From the human T2T-CHM13v2.0 reference genome, Homo sapiens: a stretch of 64,000 nt of DNA. Of this stretch, positions 13,170 through 26,342 are shown piece after piece. A program made the position numbers and the translations under genes. The notes under the pieces are model-generated. The model was not told where the DNA came from and made no database searches. It worked only from the letters and a program-made list of their open reading frames with translations. Location of the stretch: NCBI RefSeq assembly GCF_009914755.1, contig NC_060931.1. One strand, 5' to 3'. Position 1 is the stretch's first letter; every line of letters starts with the position of its first letter.

Positions 13170-15710
13170 ACCTTCAAGATATTGTTAGAAATAAACATGC
13201 AACTTGGCCAATAGATTTAACAAATGGAGAGTCTCAATAAAGAAATTTAAATTCTTTCTAAAGAACCCAGTGGAAATCCTGGAGTTTAAAAGAATAAAAC
13301 TGAAATGAAAAATTCTCTAAAGAGCTCGTCTACGTATTTGAGATGGCAGAAGGAAGATTCAGTAACATTAAAAATATATATCAATATAAATTATTTAATA
13401 TGAAAAACAAAGAGAAATGATTTAATAAAAATGAACAAAGCCTCAGAAACCCATGGTTCAATATCAAGTCTATCAATATATGTGTAATGGGAAACCCCAG
13501 AAGAATAAGAGAGAGCAAAAAGAAAATAAAAATTATTTGAAAAAATAGCGACTGAAAACTTCCCAAATTTGATTAAAAAAAATAATAATCTACAGATCCA
13601 AGAAGCTTACTGACACCAATTTGGACAAACACTAAGAGATCCACACCTAGACACATCTTAGATAAATTTTAAACACGAAGAGAAAATCTTGAAAGCTTCA
13701 AGAGAAAAAACAGCCATCAGGTACAAACAATATAATTAATGCTGTCTTCTCATAGGAAACAATGGAGGCCAGAAGGCAATGGAATCACTTATTCAAACTG
13801 CTAAAAGAAGACTACCAAACAATAATTATACATCCAGTAAAACTATCCATCAGGAATGAAGGAGAAATGAAAACATTCCTAGGTAAACAAATACTGAAAG
13901 CATATGTTTGTAGCAGATCTGCTTTATAAGAAATACTTCAGGCTAAAAGGAAGTTGCACCAGGAGGTAACTAAACTCCACGGGATCACAAAAATGAGCAC
14001 TAGAAATGATAAATATGTGGATAAATAGAAAACACTCTATAAAGATACTTTTCTCATTCCTTTCCTTAACTTTAAAAAACACAGGATTGTGTAAAATAAT
14101 AATTATAATGCTGTATTCTTACATTAATTACCTCTGCAGACATAATATATATGGCAATTACAGCTCAAAGGAGTGGTAAGGAAAAGGAGGAAAATTTCTC
14201 TCTAAAGTTGATGTTAATAAGTTTTGTATTGAAATCTCTAACACGACTACTAAGAAAAATTTTTTTAATATAGTAAAAAATGAATTCATATACTGCACTA
14301 AAAATATTTACTTAACATTAAAAAAGCAGCAAAGGAGGACCAGAAGAACAATAAAAGACATGAGACAAATGGAAAACAGATTTTAAAAACCGATAATCAT
14401 AAATTCATCCATATTAATAATTATATTAAATGTAAATACACTAAACACCCCATTCAAAAACTATAGATTGTCAGACTGGATAGAAAAGTAAGACCTACCT
14501 GCAGTTGGCCCTTGGTATATGTGAGTTTCACATCAGTGGATTCAACCAACTGTGGATAAAAAAATTTTTTTTAAACTGTGTCTGTAGTGAATGTGTATAG
14601 ACCTTTTTCTTTTTATTATTTCCTAAACAATACAATATAACAATAGCATTTACAAGGTGTTAGATATTGCAAGTAATCTAAAGATAATTTAAATTATACA
14701 GGAGGATGTGCATAAGTTATAGACAAATACTTCACCACTTTATATCAGGGACTGAACATCTACAGATTTTAGTAGTCACAGTTGGTCCTGAAGCAATTCC
14801 CCACAAAAACTGAGGGACAATTCAATACGCTATCACCAGGAAATACAGCTTAGATTTAAAGATACAATTGTTGAAATTAAAAAGACAAGAAAGATATACC
14901 ATGCAAACAATAACCATGAGAGAACAGGAATGGCTGTACAAATAGCAGGTAAAATAGACTTTAAGACAAAAAAAATTATAGGAGACAATGACAGACACTT
15001 CACAATGACAAAAGGGTCAACACATCAGGAAGATATATAATTTAAGTGCATATGCACTTAAAAACAGCCAAAAAATACATGAAGCAAAAACTGAATTGAA
15101 AGGAGAAATATGTATTTCATCAATAATAGTTGAAAACTGTAATACCCTCTTCAATAACTGACAGAACAACTAGTCAGAAAATAGCAGGAATATAGAAGAC
15201 TTGAACAACATCTCCCCCAGCTCAACTTAACTGACTTTTGTAGAACACTCCACCCACTGACATATTCTTCTCAACTGAATGTGGAACAGTCTTCATCAAA
15301 TAAATCATATGCTGGGTCACAAAATATTCTCAATAAATCTAAGAGACTGAAGTCATATAAAATATATTCTCTACCATAATGGAATTAAATGAGAGATCCA
15401 CAATAGGAAGAAATCTAGAAAAACCCCAAGTAATTGGAAATTAAGCAGCACGTTACCAAATTAACCAGTGGGTCAAAGGAAAAAAATCATGTGGGAAATT
15501 GTAAAATATTTTAAATGGAATTAAAATGAAAACACAACATACCAAAATTTATAGGACACAGTTCAAATAGAGCTTACAGGGAAATTTACATCTTTAACAT
15601 GCATACCAGAAAATAACAATGTCTTAGAGCAACAACTGAGGCTTTCAGCTTTCGGCTTTCAGATACTAGAAAAAGCAAACTAAAGCTAAAGAGAGCAGAA
15701 GAAAGGGCAT
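13170..15710 (+). mobile_element. L1M ORF1 to ORF2-endonuclease segment
   Basis: ORF1 motifs (ATCTACAGATCCAAGAAGCT, ACAATGGAGGCCAGAAGGCAATGG) and endonuclease motifs (AAAATAGACTTTAAGACAAAA, CATATGCTGGGTCACAAAA). Confidence 0.85.
14502..14822 (-). mobile_element. MER2 (TcMar-Tigger MITE) inserted in L1
   Basis: Ends CAGTTGGCCCTTGGTAT... and ...CTGAGGGACAATT. Internal GGATTCAACCAAC and GGAGGATGTGCATAAGTTATA match MER2 antisense. Confidence 0.85.
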
Positions 15711-15777
15711 ATATTTTGTGCTAACACTATACAGGGCATTGGACACTCTTGCAGTACAATGTAGAATGGTACATAGA

Positions 15778-16113
15778 ATAGAAATCAAGAAACATTTCTT
15801 CACAGGACCAAATAGTAAATAGTTCAGGCTTTCTGAGCCATAAAATCTCTGTAGCAGCTACTCAACTCCGCAATTATAGCATGAAAAAGACATAGACATT
15901 GAGTATGAATGCATATGACTGTATGTCCAAGAAGTTTTATTTATGAGCACCGAAATTTGAGTTTTCTATAATTTCTACATGTCAGGAAATAGTATGCTTG
16001 TTTTGAGGTTTTTGCAACCATTTAAAAAAATGTAAAAACCATTCTTAGTTCACAATTGAATACTAACAGGGACTAGCCCAAATGTGGTCCATTGCCATAG
16101 TTTGCTCATCCCT
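15778..16113 (+). mobile_element. MER58B (hAT-Charlie)
   Basis: CCAAATAGTAAATAGTTCAGGCTT, CTACTCAACTCC, AAAATGTAAAAACCATTCTTAG and the terminal GCCATAGTTTGCTCATCCCT. Confidence 0.8.
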
Positions 16114-16649
16114 ACCTGATTGATAGAGTCAAAAAAAAAAGAAAGAAAGAAAGAAAGAAGAAAAAGGAAGAAAGAAACCATAAGCATTGATCCCCACTGA
16201 GGAAGGGACTGTATCTTTTTAGTTCTGTATCTTCAGCCAGTTAATACATGAGATAACAGAGTTTAGGAGAAGTGGTGGCATCCCATGGAATCTCTAGGAT
16301 GAAAGAGAAGTAGCTGGACTGACTTGCTGGTACAGTTTATAGAAATAGGATTACTTAGTTCTGGTAAATCTTTAGAGGGAAGGAACTAAAGATGAAATCT
16401 AACATAGTAAAATTTCATTCATAGTAAGTACCTAATATATTTATTTTATTTAATCATCACAAACCTTCCATTTTACAGTATTCCGCCTCAAGATCCCATA
16501 AGTATTAAATGGCCAAAGCAGGAATAGAAGAGGGTGGTAGCTTAAAGCTCAATTCTTTTTCCAGGAAGCCGAAAATAAATGGTGGTCATGAGCTCATCCT
16601 CTGCTGTCTCCATGCTTCTCTTTCAGTATTAACACATAGAGATCACAGT

Positions 16650-16860
16650 TAGGAAAGCATGAGCCTGGATCCCAGCAACAGCCCTGGGCTACTTCTTGCA
16701 GATCCTCATCACTGCCACTTAATGTGTATGAGCCTCAAAATTCTCTGGCTGTGTCATGGCAATGATAATGACTCTACCTATATCCCTGATAATTAGGAAG
16801 ATCAAGTAAGATCATGAGAGTGAGAGTGTTTTGAAAAGTACAAAATATGATACAAATAGA
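16650..16860 (+). mobile_element. MIR
   Basis: GAGCCTCAAAATTCTCTGGCTGTGTCATGGCAATGATAATG...GATCAAGTAAGATCATG. Confidence 0.55.
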
Positions 16861-18619
16861 TGGTGGAACTTTTTTTTCATTCTTTATTGAGTTGGGCCTT
16901 ATTTTTTTTCCAGAATGGACACATCTTTGTGAATCAATCACTGTGCTTTATAAGCATGTGTCAGCTTTTTCTACATGTGATGCGTGCCTGGATGCAGCCC
17001 TTGTTTATGGGCAGGCCTCAGTGTGGGAGAGATCTCTATCTGTGGGTATTCAGATAACTAGGACACCCTGTTCTGTTTATAAGTCAATCTTTTACTGATG
17101 GGATTTTGACTTTTTCCCTCCTAGTAGCATATTATGGACAATATTTGTTACTGGCATGACTAACTATAAAGTTAGAATACTCAGCACCCTCTTCCTAAAT
17201 TATAGCAGCAATGATGGTAGAAAACACTCTTTTACAAAAGAGATATCTGACTTTCTCTGGTTTTGAATCTAATGAACATCAGGATGCTTGAAGTTTAAGG
17301 TTAGATAAGTATCAAGAAGCTGAATGCTTATCTGGAAACTTTGAACTTTCAGTGCCTATTTGGGTAGAAAATGTCATGATTATACTTTGTTGCCTGATTT
17401 CCATAACTTCCTGAATTTGAAGGGGCCAGAAATTCTTTGAAAAAAGAAAAACCACGGTGGAGTCCGACTGCCTCTGATGGCAAATAGAGTGAACCAAACA
17501 GAAGTGTTCAGGAACCATCTCAGCTTTCCATCTCCACCTAACCCTACCCCATAGATAACCCTGCACTTCCTGGATTTTAAACAATCGGTAGTTGGATGGC
17601 AGGGAGTTGCAGGATTTCTGTTTTTCATTTGTACCTGGCAGTTTTATCTCTCTGTGGAGTCAGGATAGTACAGCAGGCCACCACCCAGACCTTCCACTCA
17701 CTGTCTCAAACTCCTCATCTGAAGATGTGAACAGAGATCACCATTTCACAAGGTTCTCATGGGAACCGGTAAGCCAACGTACATTTCCTGGCACACCTCA
17801 GGCTCTGAAAATGCCCATCTCCCTCCCCTTCTTCTTCTGCCTTCCACTGGGGGGACTTGTTCTGGTAATGGGACTGCCCTCCCCACCCACAAAAAAAATA
17901 GGTTATATAATCCACCATGTGTGTTATTGCACCATATGATGAAGAACTAAACAGACAACCTGTGAATTTCCATTGAGAGCTTGCACCCCAAGATGGAGTC
18001 AAGGTTTGAGAAGGCCATGCAGGAGGAGGGAGACTACACTCACCACACCACTTCTCTCTGGAATAGAGAGAAGGCCCCAAAGAGGTCACTCCCGTCTGGT
18101 TGATTAACCTTGCTTTAAGTCAATTAACAAACTTTTTCTTTGAAAATTTCCAAGCATAATTGTGATTATCCCTGACTACAACACATTGATTCAAAAGCAC
18201 AATGGGAAAAGAGGAAGAAAAGGTCCCTCCCACCTCTGTCTCTTGCCTTTCCTAGATTAGGTGAGTGAACACAGTACTGAGTCATCACTGGACTTGATTC
18301 TCATTCAGTAGCCTCAAACCCAGTGAAGTTGGACAAAACAGGAAATGATCTGAAAGAGAAGATCTACAGGGGCCAATATGAAATGGCAGGGTGCTCTCCT
18401 CCCAGAGGAACTCTATATTAAACTGTGGAAGTTAACCAGATAATTGCCAACTCAGGATATTTCAGAATAGCAAATCTGATCTTTCTTTTTCAAACTGAAA
18501 ATCCAGTAAGAAATGTTTTCTTACACTTTTGTTTTATATTATCTTTATCCTTTTCACTTATTTCTATCCTAAATGTCTATTAAATTTGAATTAATCTCTC
18601 CTTTGATACAGTTTCTCTC

Positions 18620-20000
18620 TTACTATCTGGTCTGTAAGAATTTAAGGCATAGACTATGTATATCTTTGTTCACCAGCATCGTTGGTGCTGGCATAGTTCC
18701 CAGCATAGTGGAGAAACAAAATCACTATATAATGCACTTTTTACTGTGGATTAAAGCCAAAAAGATTGTAAGTTCTTGAAGAAAAAAAATCTCTCTTTTG
18801 CTTCATATGCATCCCCCTCTACAAGGCTGAGCATCTCACCTTCCACATAACAAGTATTTATTATCAAATAAATGAATGAATGAACAAAAGTATTAAACAT
18901 TTATTCAGAACCTTCTGGAGGGCAAGCTAAAAAGAAACGTAATGGAAGACAGGTTCCCTGTCCTTTATGAGGATAAAATTTAGTTGGGAAGGGATGATAT
19001 AGATACAGAGAGTTAGATAACATTGTCAAGTAAATTTAAGTTACCTATGATGTGTGCAGACATGGAACATGGAAGAAAATTTACTAAAGACATAATCACA
19101 GGCAGTTAGGAATGCCTTCTGGGAGATACACAGACTGGAAGCAGCTCTTACAAGAAGGACTGTAGAAAATGGAAGATGTAGGTAAGGAAACTAAAATGTT
19201 GCCATGTGTTTGATGCATATTTTCTTATTTCATCTTCACATGTCATCAAAGAGGGGGAAAAAATAAGAGCCCATGCGTAGTAAATAGTGGGTCAGGATCT
19301 GAATCCAAAGCTAACTGACTCTGAAGAATATTTTCATTCTTCATGGGAATACCTCTCACCTGAAAATAGGAAGAAGGAATTAAATGAAGGGAGAATGGCA
19401 TGAGAAAGGACCTGGAATTGGGGGGCATGCCTGGTTGCAACTGAAGCTGAAATGTTAAGATGGAGTGGAGTTAGTTTCCAGGGAGGCAATGCTAGAAACA
19501 TAGATAGAAGCCAGATGAAAGCAATAGTCAAAAGCATGCTCTGCAGCTTGGACTTTGTTCTGTGCTTTGAATGGAAAACTTTTCAAAGATGTTAAAAGGT
19601 AATAAGTATTCCAGGAAAATTAGTCAAGCTCTTATATAAGGTAAAGTAAAATGGGAGGACTCAGAGGCAGAGAATGAGAGCTATTGCAAGCGCCCAGCGG
19701 AATGATGCTGACAGACTTGGGTAAAGTGAGTTATTCATTCATTCATTCAGTCCCTTAAGTATTCTCAAGTATCTCAAGAAATACAGCAAAAGAACAGGGC
19801 AGGTGCAATGCTTTTTCTAATGGCACCTACTTTCTAGTGGGGAAGAGAGACAGTTAAGAGGAAAAAAAATGAATATTGTTAGAGAGGAACAGCATCATGA
19901 AGAATCATCAGGATAGTGGGGTGAAGAGTCAGATAGAGGGGCTGGTGATGTGCGAGGTTGAGTGGACAGGGAAGGCCTCAGGAGGGCAGAACAAGCCCCA
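18620..20000. mobile_element. L2 fragments (both orientations)
   Basis: L2 terminal signatures AATAAATGAATGAATGAA (18867) and TTCATTCATTCATTCA (19734), plus purine-rich L2 body motifs. Confidence 0.55.
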
Positions 20001-23000
20001 GGACCAGAAAGACCAGGCAGCAGAGTGGGGAGGGAGCCTGGCTCAGGGAAAGTCTGCAGAGAGGACAGAGGTCTGACGATGCAGGGTTCATATTGAATGA
20101 GGGAAGAAAAACATGAATGAAAGACACACTAGGAAGATAGGTTCTGTTGTAGGTTCTGTGTGTCTTTGAACATGGGGGTAAGGAAGAACTTCAGGGTGAT
20201 TTCAGACTTGTGATTCTCTAGGACTAAGAGGTGACAAGGAGAGGTGAGGGTTTGGCTTGGGGGGAAGGGGAAGTTTTCGGTTTTATGAAAAAGAGCAGTA
20301 GGAGATAGAGGTAGCCCATGACTCATTTGTGGCTTGAAACCTCTTTCTTATAAGAGCAAAACTATTTTCTTTCATACCATTGTGGAATTTCCGAAGCTGG
20401 AATTGCTGACTACATCACAGAACTCATTTGCTCAGCTGAGAATGTTGTGTGCCTTGGGAAAGGTGGTCACACCTACCTCTACCTACAACGTGTGAATGTG
20501 GAGTGTGCAAAAATGCCAAAGGGGCAGGACTCCAGGCATTTTTCTATCAAAACACATTTCACTAGTTTTAAATTTGGTTATGAATAGCTCTCCCAATTTT
20601 GAAATTGTTTTAAAGTTGGCTCAGAGTTAAAAAAAAAAAAACCAGCCACATTAAGAATGAAATCAGGGAGCATGAAATATAAAGGAGTGAAGATGGTGGA
20701 GGGTATAAAGAAAAACCTCTGTTGAGAGTTGAGGGATGGAAGATAACATACACAGAAGCTTAGAAACTGATTGAGGCCTTGACTCTGAGCTTCCTTGGCT
20801 TGTCTAAGTCAGGACAAAATAGGAAAACTCCAGTTTGCACAATTCACAGTCTGGTCACAGTGGATCTTGCTGCTTTTCAGGAAAAATCACATTCCTTGGC
20901 CCCGTGCTTTAGAAAGGTATATATGCATAGGATGCAAAATTATCAATAACATCCCTGGTTTTTTTAAAAAAATGGCCACAATAACAATTATTCCATGTGG
21001 CTGTTTCTTTCAACAATCCTTAGTGGAAAATCTAAGTCTGAAAAGCTTTGTGGCGTCGTCTTGAGAGGCAGAGAATTGGGTCCAGGTATGTACATTTCTG
21101 GAGGTCTGGCTTAGTCCTGGGATAAAGATTGGATAATCTTGATGAAAAGGCCATCACTACAGCCTAGGGTGTCCTGGGTAAGTGGCATCTCTGAAGGTGG
21201 TGGGTCTCGCCTAGCAGACAGGCACTGTACCTGCAGCCTGAGGGAGAGGCTCTTGCTCTGTTCAGAGAGGGTGTTATGTTAAGAGGGTCACAGAGCTGGG
21301 CTTGTGCTGGAGCACAGGGCAGGAGGGGTAGGGGGCAGGGCTGTACTGCCTTTACTGGTCTTCACCTCCTCCCTTCTGGTGGGCTCCACCAACTCTTCTT
21401 CCTGCCCCAAGTGTGTGGTCTGCATCACCCAACACTTGTGACTTTCCTGTCATTCTTTGCCCCTGTGCAATGCTACTTTGCTCTTGAGAGTCTCGGCTTT
21501 TTGCCGGGAAAGATCATCACAGCTCATCTTCCTGGAGAAACCAGAGACTATTGCCTCCCACCCTGACTTCCCAGTATGTCAGCTTGGATAAGTGCTTCAG
21601 AGGGGGTGAATGACACTTTACACTTTGAAATCAGGAGTGTCTGTTCTCAGGCTGACCCAGAGCCGCAAGGCCACCTGTGGCACCCCTTCTCCATGCCCAG
21701 GTGACTCTTCTGAGCTGTCTCTACCCCAGGCACTTCTGCAGTCCTGCCCCTCCACCTTCATTGCCTTGGCTTGTCCTAATTAAAATTTGTAATTTAAAAA
21801 AAAAAGAAAAATCAAAAGCTGGTAATCGCGAGCCTTCCTTGTAAAAAACACAGCTTATTTCTATCATTAGCAACCTGTGCTGCAACAGAGCCCCTGACAC
21901 GTGCATTTCAGGAGCAATTAGGAATCGCTGGCTGCATTTACATAACATTAAAATCACTGTCTACATATGCAAAATAAAATGAATCTCTTCCCATTGCTCC
22001 CACAGGCACTGGCCTGAGATAGATTTCTATCTGTTTTTGCATTTTAGCCACATGGATTTATTTGATCTGCCCATTATTTGCTTTCCTGGTAACGGGAGGT
22101 TTCCCTCCACTCTAACTGCCTGGCCAGGAGCAGCAGGCTGGGCACACCCGCGCCAAACCACTCGGGAAGAGGGGGTGAGGCGGGGCCGCGGCCTATCTCA
22201 TCTCCCCTCCCCAGCATGCCTTGCAGCTGCAGGAAGCCACCCACCCATATTTCAGAAACCACAGGCTCCTGTGGGTTCCGAGAGCCTCTGTCCTGGGTGT
22301 GCTTTGAAACATGCACACAGTTTAATGTCTTGTTAGTCACCTTCTTTTACATTGCTCAACTGGAACTGGGAAGGAGCACCAATTACTGTGAACCATGCAT
22401 GGTTTGATCTTCAGTCTTCCCCTTCCCTCAAGAGCAGCCATTCTGGTAGCAATGCCCCACTGCTGCATGATAGAGTTCTAGCTCAGCTGGTGTGTAGAAA
22501 GGAGGAGGCTGTTTCTTGTTATGAACACCTTCCCACCACACAACAACGAGCTCTAAGCAAAACCAAGATGTTTTTAGCTGCCACCTGTCATATCAGAACC
22601 CAGGATGCTTCACTATGGAATGAGGAAGAAAAGCCCACCTAGTTGGAACCACGATTGAGAGTTGCTTCTCCCCTACTCCTGTGCCCCTGCAGTCTCTCTT
22701 TCCATCCAGAGCCCCTCTTCCCTCTCTCACCTGCCTACTCCCTTATTTTAGACTCAGCCCAGGGCCTGAAATGCACACTTTCCCCTCGAGCTTCTTCAGG
22801 ACTTTCCTCTGGCTCCCGAGGCCCCTGCATTTCACTGCTGTAGCTTGTGGTCTGAGCCCCTGGGGGACAGAGCAATGTCTATCCCCCATCCCTGGAGCTC
22901 AGCAAAGAGTCTGGCTGCAGGAGGCACTCAGAAGATGCTCCTCAGCTTGAAGTCAAGAAGACTCTGGTTTGCCTAGCTGAGGCCTACCTGGTTGCAGAAC

Positions 23001-23249
23001 AGTTAAAGAAGGAATATGCTAGATCAGAGGTAGCCAGCCAAGGCCAGCAGTAGACTCTGCAGCTGACACCTTTAGGCCTGCCTGAGGCTGCAGTGAGCAC
23101 CTCAGCTGACCACATTCAGCCTTCCTGACTGCAAGACTGGAGAGGCCAGCATGCCTTTGCAGCTGCAACTCCAGAGCCAATCAATCAATTGCCCAGGGTA
23201 GGAACCCCTCCCAAGGCAGTGCCCTCCAGTTTATGAGGCCTCTGCACTC

Positions 23250-23420
23250 TGTGACTTCTCCATCCTCACAATGCCCTGTTACATGGGCAGTGATTAGCCA
23301 CAATGCACAGATGAGGAAACTGAGGTTCAGAGAGGTTACACCACTTTTTCAAGATCACATAACTCATAAAGACCAAACATATGAACCTACAAATGTTGAT
23401 AAATCCAAGTCACTGTGTTT
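23250..23420 (-). mobile_element. MIR
   Basis: ACAGATGAGGAAACTGAGGTTCAGAGAGGTTA core. Confidence 0.8.
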
Positions 23421-23462
23421 TTGGTTGTTTTCTTTTCCCTAGCCACCCACTAAGCCTGGTGA

Positions 23463-23978
23463 CAGGAGCAGCTTCATGGGCCTGCGAGCAGTGCAGTCTC
23501 TCAGGGTTTTACAGTTAATGCTCTGTGGTTGCAGTCTTGAAACTGTGAATAAATTTACCTTGAATTTGTGTTTTGTCCGTAAAGTCTGACGAAGCAATGG
23601 AGCATGCATTGGGGACTCGGAGACTCTGCTCATGTGGGGCTCCCTTCCAGGTGCCTCCCCCTCCCAGGGATGGGTTCTCAGCTACCTGCCCAAGCAACCC
23701 CCAGCAACCACTGCCATCTGCTGGGAGGGGACCTGAGCCTGTGCATGGGAATGGTTGGGCCTACACAGTTGTGAACAGGGCCCTGGGTACCTGTGAGTGT
23801 CTGCAATCTCCCCATGAGTATTCCTGTGTCCAAGGGATGTGACATTAAATAGCAAGTAAAAAACACCATGACAAGAGAGAGACCCAGAAAGAAGGAAGAA
23901 ATGTTTTTCCTGCCATTTGAGCAAGGGACCCCCTAATTTCAGTTTGCACTGGGCCCTACAAATTATGTAGCAGCCCTG
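23463..23978 (+). mobile_element. MER45-family hAT-Tip100 element (internally deleted)
   Basis: 5' CAGGAGCAGCTTCATGGGCCTGCGAGCAGTGCAGTC and 3' TTTGCACTGGGCCCTACAAATTATGTAGCAGCCCTG ends. Degenerate 8-bp TSD CCTGGTGA / TCTGGCAG. Confidence 0.75.
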
Positions 23979-25329
23979 TCTGGCAGAGGTGTGCCAGGTA
24001 ACCCTATGTGTCCACTACCTTGCAAGATGGATGGTGGGCAATTGGCCCTTCCAGTGCCCCATAGGGCCTAGTATCTTAGATTGTAGTTATTCTTAAGGAA
24101 TAGGATGAAAGGAGGAACAGCAGCAAAATGCCACCTTCATGACGTGCTCCAGAGACTGACCTCCTTCCACCTCTCTCTCAAAATTCATGCTCTGCTAAGC
24201 CAAGGGCCTCATTGGCCAACAAGTTGAGTTCAGGCCACCTCCTGCTCAAAGGAGAGGATAAAAAGTATTGTTGAATATCTAAGAGCTATATTTTTAACAC
24301 TTGTGTCTAAAACAAGGTCGCAATTTTGCATCTGCAATAATTTATGCCTGGAAATAAGGAAGTGAAATTCCCACCTACTGGAAAGACAGTTAGGAGGGCT
24401 GTTCCATGGGGCAAGTGTGGTTTAGAGCTGTGCAAACACACATAGCAGGTGCAGGGAGACTCAGGAGCCATGAACAAGCAGCTGCCATGAGCACTACTGC
24501 TGGGTACCAGAGAGGGACCAGCCTTCTTTCCTCATTTGAAATGCGGGAAAGGGCAAGAGCGCATACTTTACAGGGGACAGGCAAGGTTTGAAGGAGACCA
24601 GACCAGAGCAGGATTTGTCTGTGTGAGATGTGTGTCCCCAGAAGGGCAGTCTGCACTGCCTGGCATTCCATCCCAGGAGTCTCACTGCCTTAAGATGCTT
24701 GCAATCCTCCCCTGTTAGGCTCTACATAAAACTGTGTAACTTTTTTCTGTCCTGCACATGCTGGTTTCCTCTACTGGGCATCCCTCATGTACTCTTCAGC
24801 CTTCACCTCTGCTGGAATTTCTTTCAGAAATCTCTGAGCTGAGATATGATTGGTACTGACTCCTCCACCAGCTTAGGAGTGGCCATGAGGGCTGACACCC
24901 ATCCTGGTATCACACTACCTTGGCCTGTACAGGGTTAGGATCCAATCAGAGGCAAGGATATTTGCTAGGGCCTTGGAGAAAAAGAAGTTTGTCTTGTGGG
25001 AGACCTTCAAGGGCAAACATCATCCTTTTCTCTGAATGGTAGGGCATGAGAATACAAGGTCTGGATGTGAGGGCTGAGATGATCCAAGGTCCACCAAGTG
25101 CAGTCCACCAGGCCGGCACTGCAGAAGGCAGACCACAAAAGTAGAGAGAAACTGAGCCATTCATTTCACTGCCGATCCATTCACTGGATCCTGCCCCTGG
25201 CATCTGCTCTCAGCTTTTAAAATTGGAGCTGATACATTTCCCATATCATTTAGACAAGTTTCAGGTTTTTTAATTAAAAAATTTTTACTCATGTCATAGA
25301 CATTAAATTATATATCGATGTTCAATTTG

Positions 25330-26342
25330 CATTTTCATAAAGTAGTGAGGTTAACTCTTAATTTTACCTCTTCTTGACCACATGGCACAGGAAAGCATCT
25401 CAAAGTCCTTACCAGGATAACTCTGTGGACTGGGTGATTGATGCACCCCAATGCGAGCCTAGAGCTTGCATTGTGCTCATTCTATGGAAAAACAGTCAAT
25501 CTAAAGAGCATGGCAGAGTGGGCTATGGAGACTGTGGTGGGCAGAATTCTCAGACAGCCCCAGTGACCCTCACCCTTGTATAGTCTCCTCCCCTTGGGTG
25601 TGAGCAGAACCTGTTGAATGTGTTGAGATAACCACTCCTGTGCTTATATTACAGTTCATGGCAAATGGGGTTTTGCAGATGGAATTAAGGTCAGTAATCA
25701 GTTGACTTTGAGTTAATCAAGAGAGATATCATCTTGTTGAACAAGAGCCCTTTTCATCCGTCTCTAGTGGTCAGAGATGGGAAGTGAGATGCTCAAAGCA
25801 TGAGAGAGATAAGACGTGAGGGAGATTCTCTGTGGCTGGCTTTGAACATGGAGGGGACCACCTGGCAAGGAACATGGGCAGCAGTGTGAGCTGACAGCAG
25901 TCCCTGCTGAGAGCCAATGAGGAAACAGGGCCCAGCCTTACAACTCAGAGGAACTGAATCTTCCAATAACCTGAATGATCTGAGAAGGCGGTTCTTTCCC
26001 AGAGCTTCCGGATTGAGGACTCAGCCCAGTGAGCATCTCAATTTCAGCCTCAGGAGACCCTAAGCAGAAAGCCCAGTCACGTTGTAACCAGCCTTCTACC
26101 CACAGAATTGTGAGGTGATAACTGGGAATTGTTTGAAGCCACTAATTTCATGATAATTTGTTATGCATCAATAGGAAAGTAACACAGAGGGACAGACCAC
26201 AGCAGCTGTCTGAAGTCTCACCCAAAGCTACAAGGCTATTTGTACCCTGGCCTTCACAGTTATTTGGAAAATTAGAGTCCTTTTTCGCCTAAGTTTATTT
26301 AAATTCAATTTCCATTCTTGGTGACCAAAAGCCTCCCAACAT
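25330..26342 (+). mobile_element. Older MLT1 (J/K/H-like) LTR hosting the MLT1E
   Basis: The 3' end CCTAAGTTTATTTAAATTCAATTTCCATTCTTGGTGACCAAAAGCCTCCCAACA resembles MLT1 termini. Confidence 0.45.
25533..26186 (+). mobile_element. MLT1E-type MaLR solo LTR
   Basis: TGTGGTGGGCAGAATTCT start, GGAATTAAGGTCAGTAATCAGTTGACTTTGAG internal, ATAATTTGTTATGCATCAATAGGAAAGTAACACA end. Confidence 0.85.
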
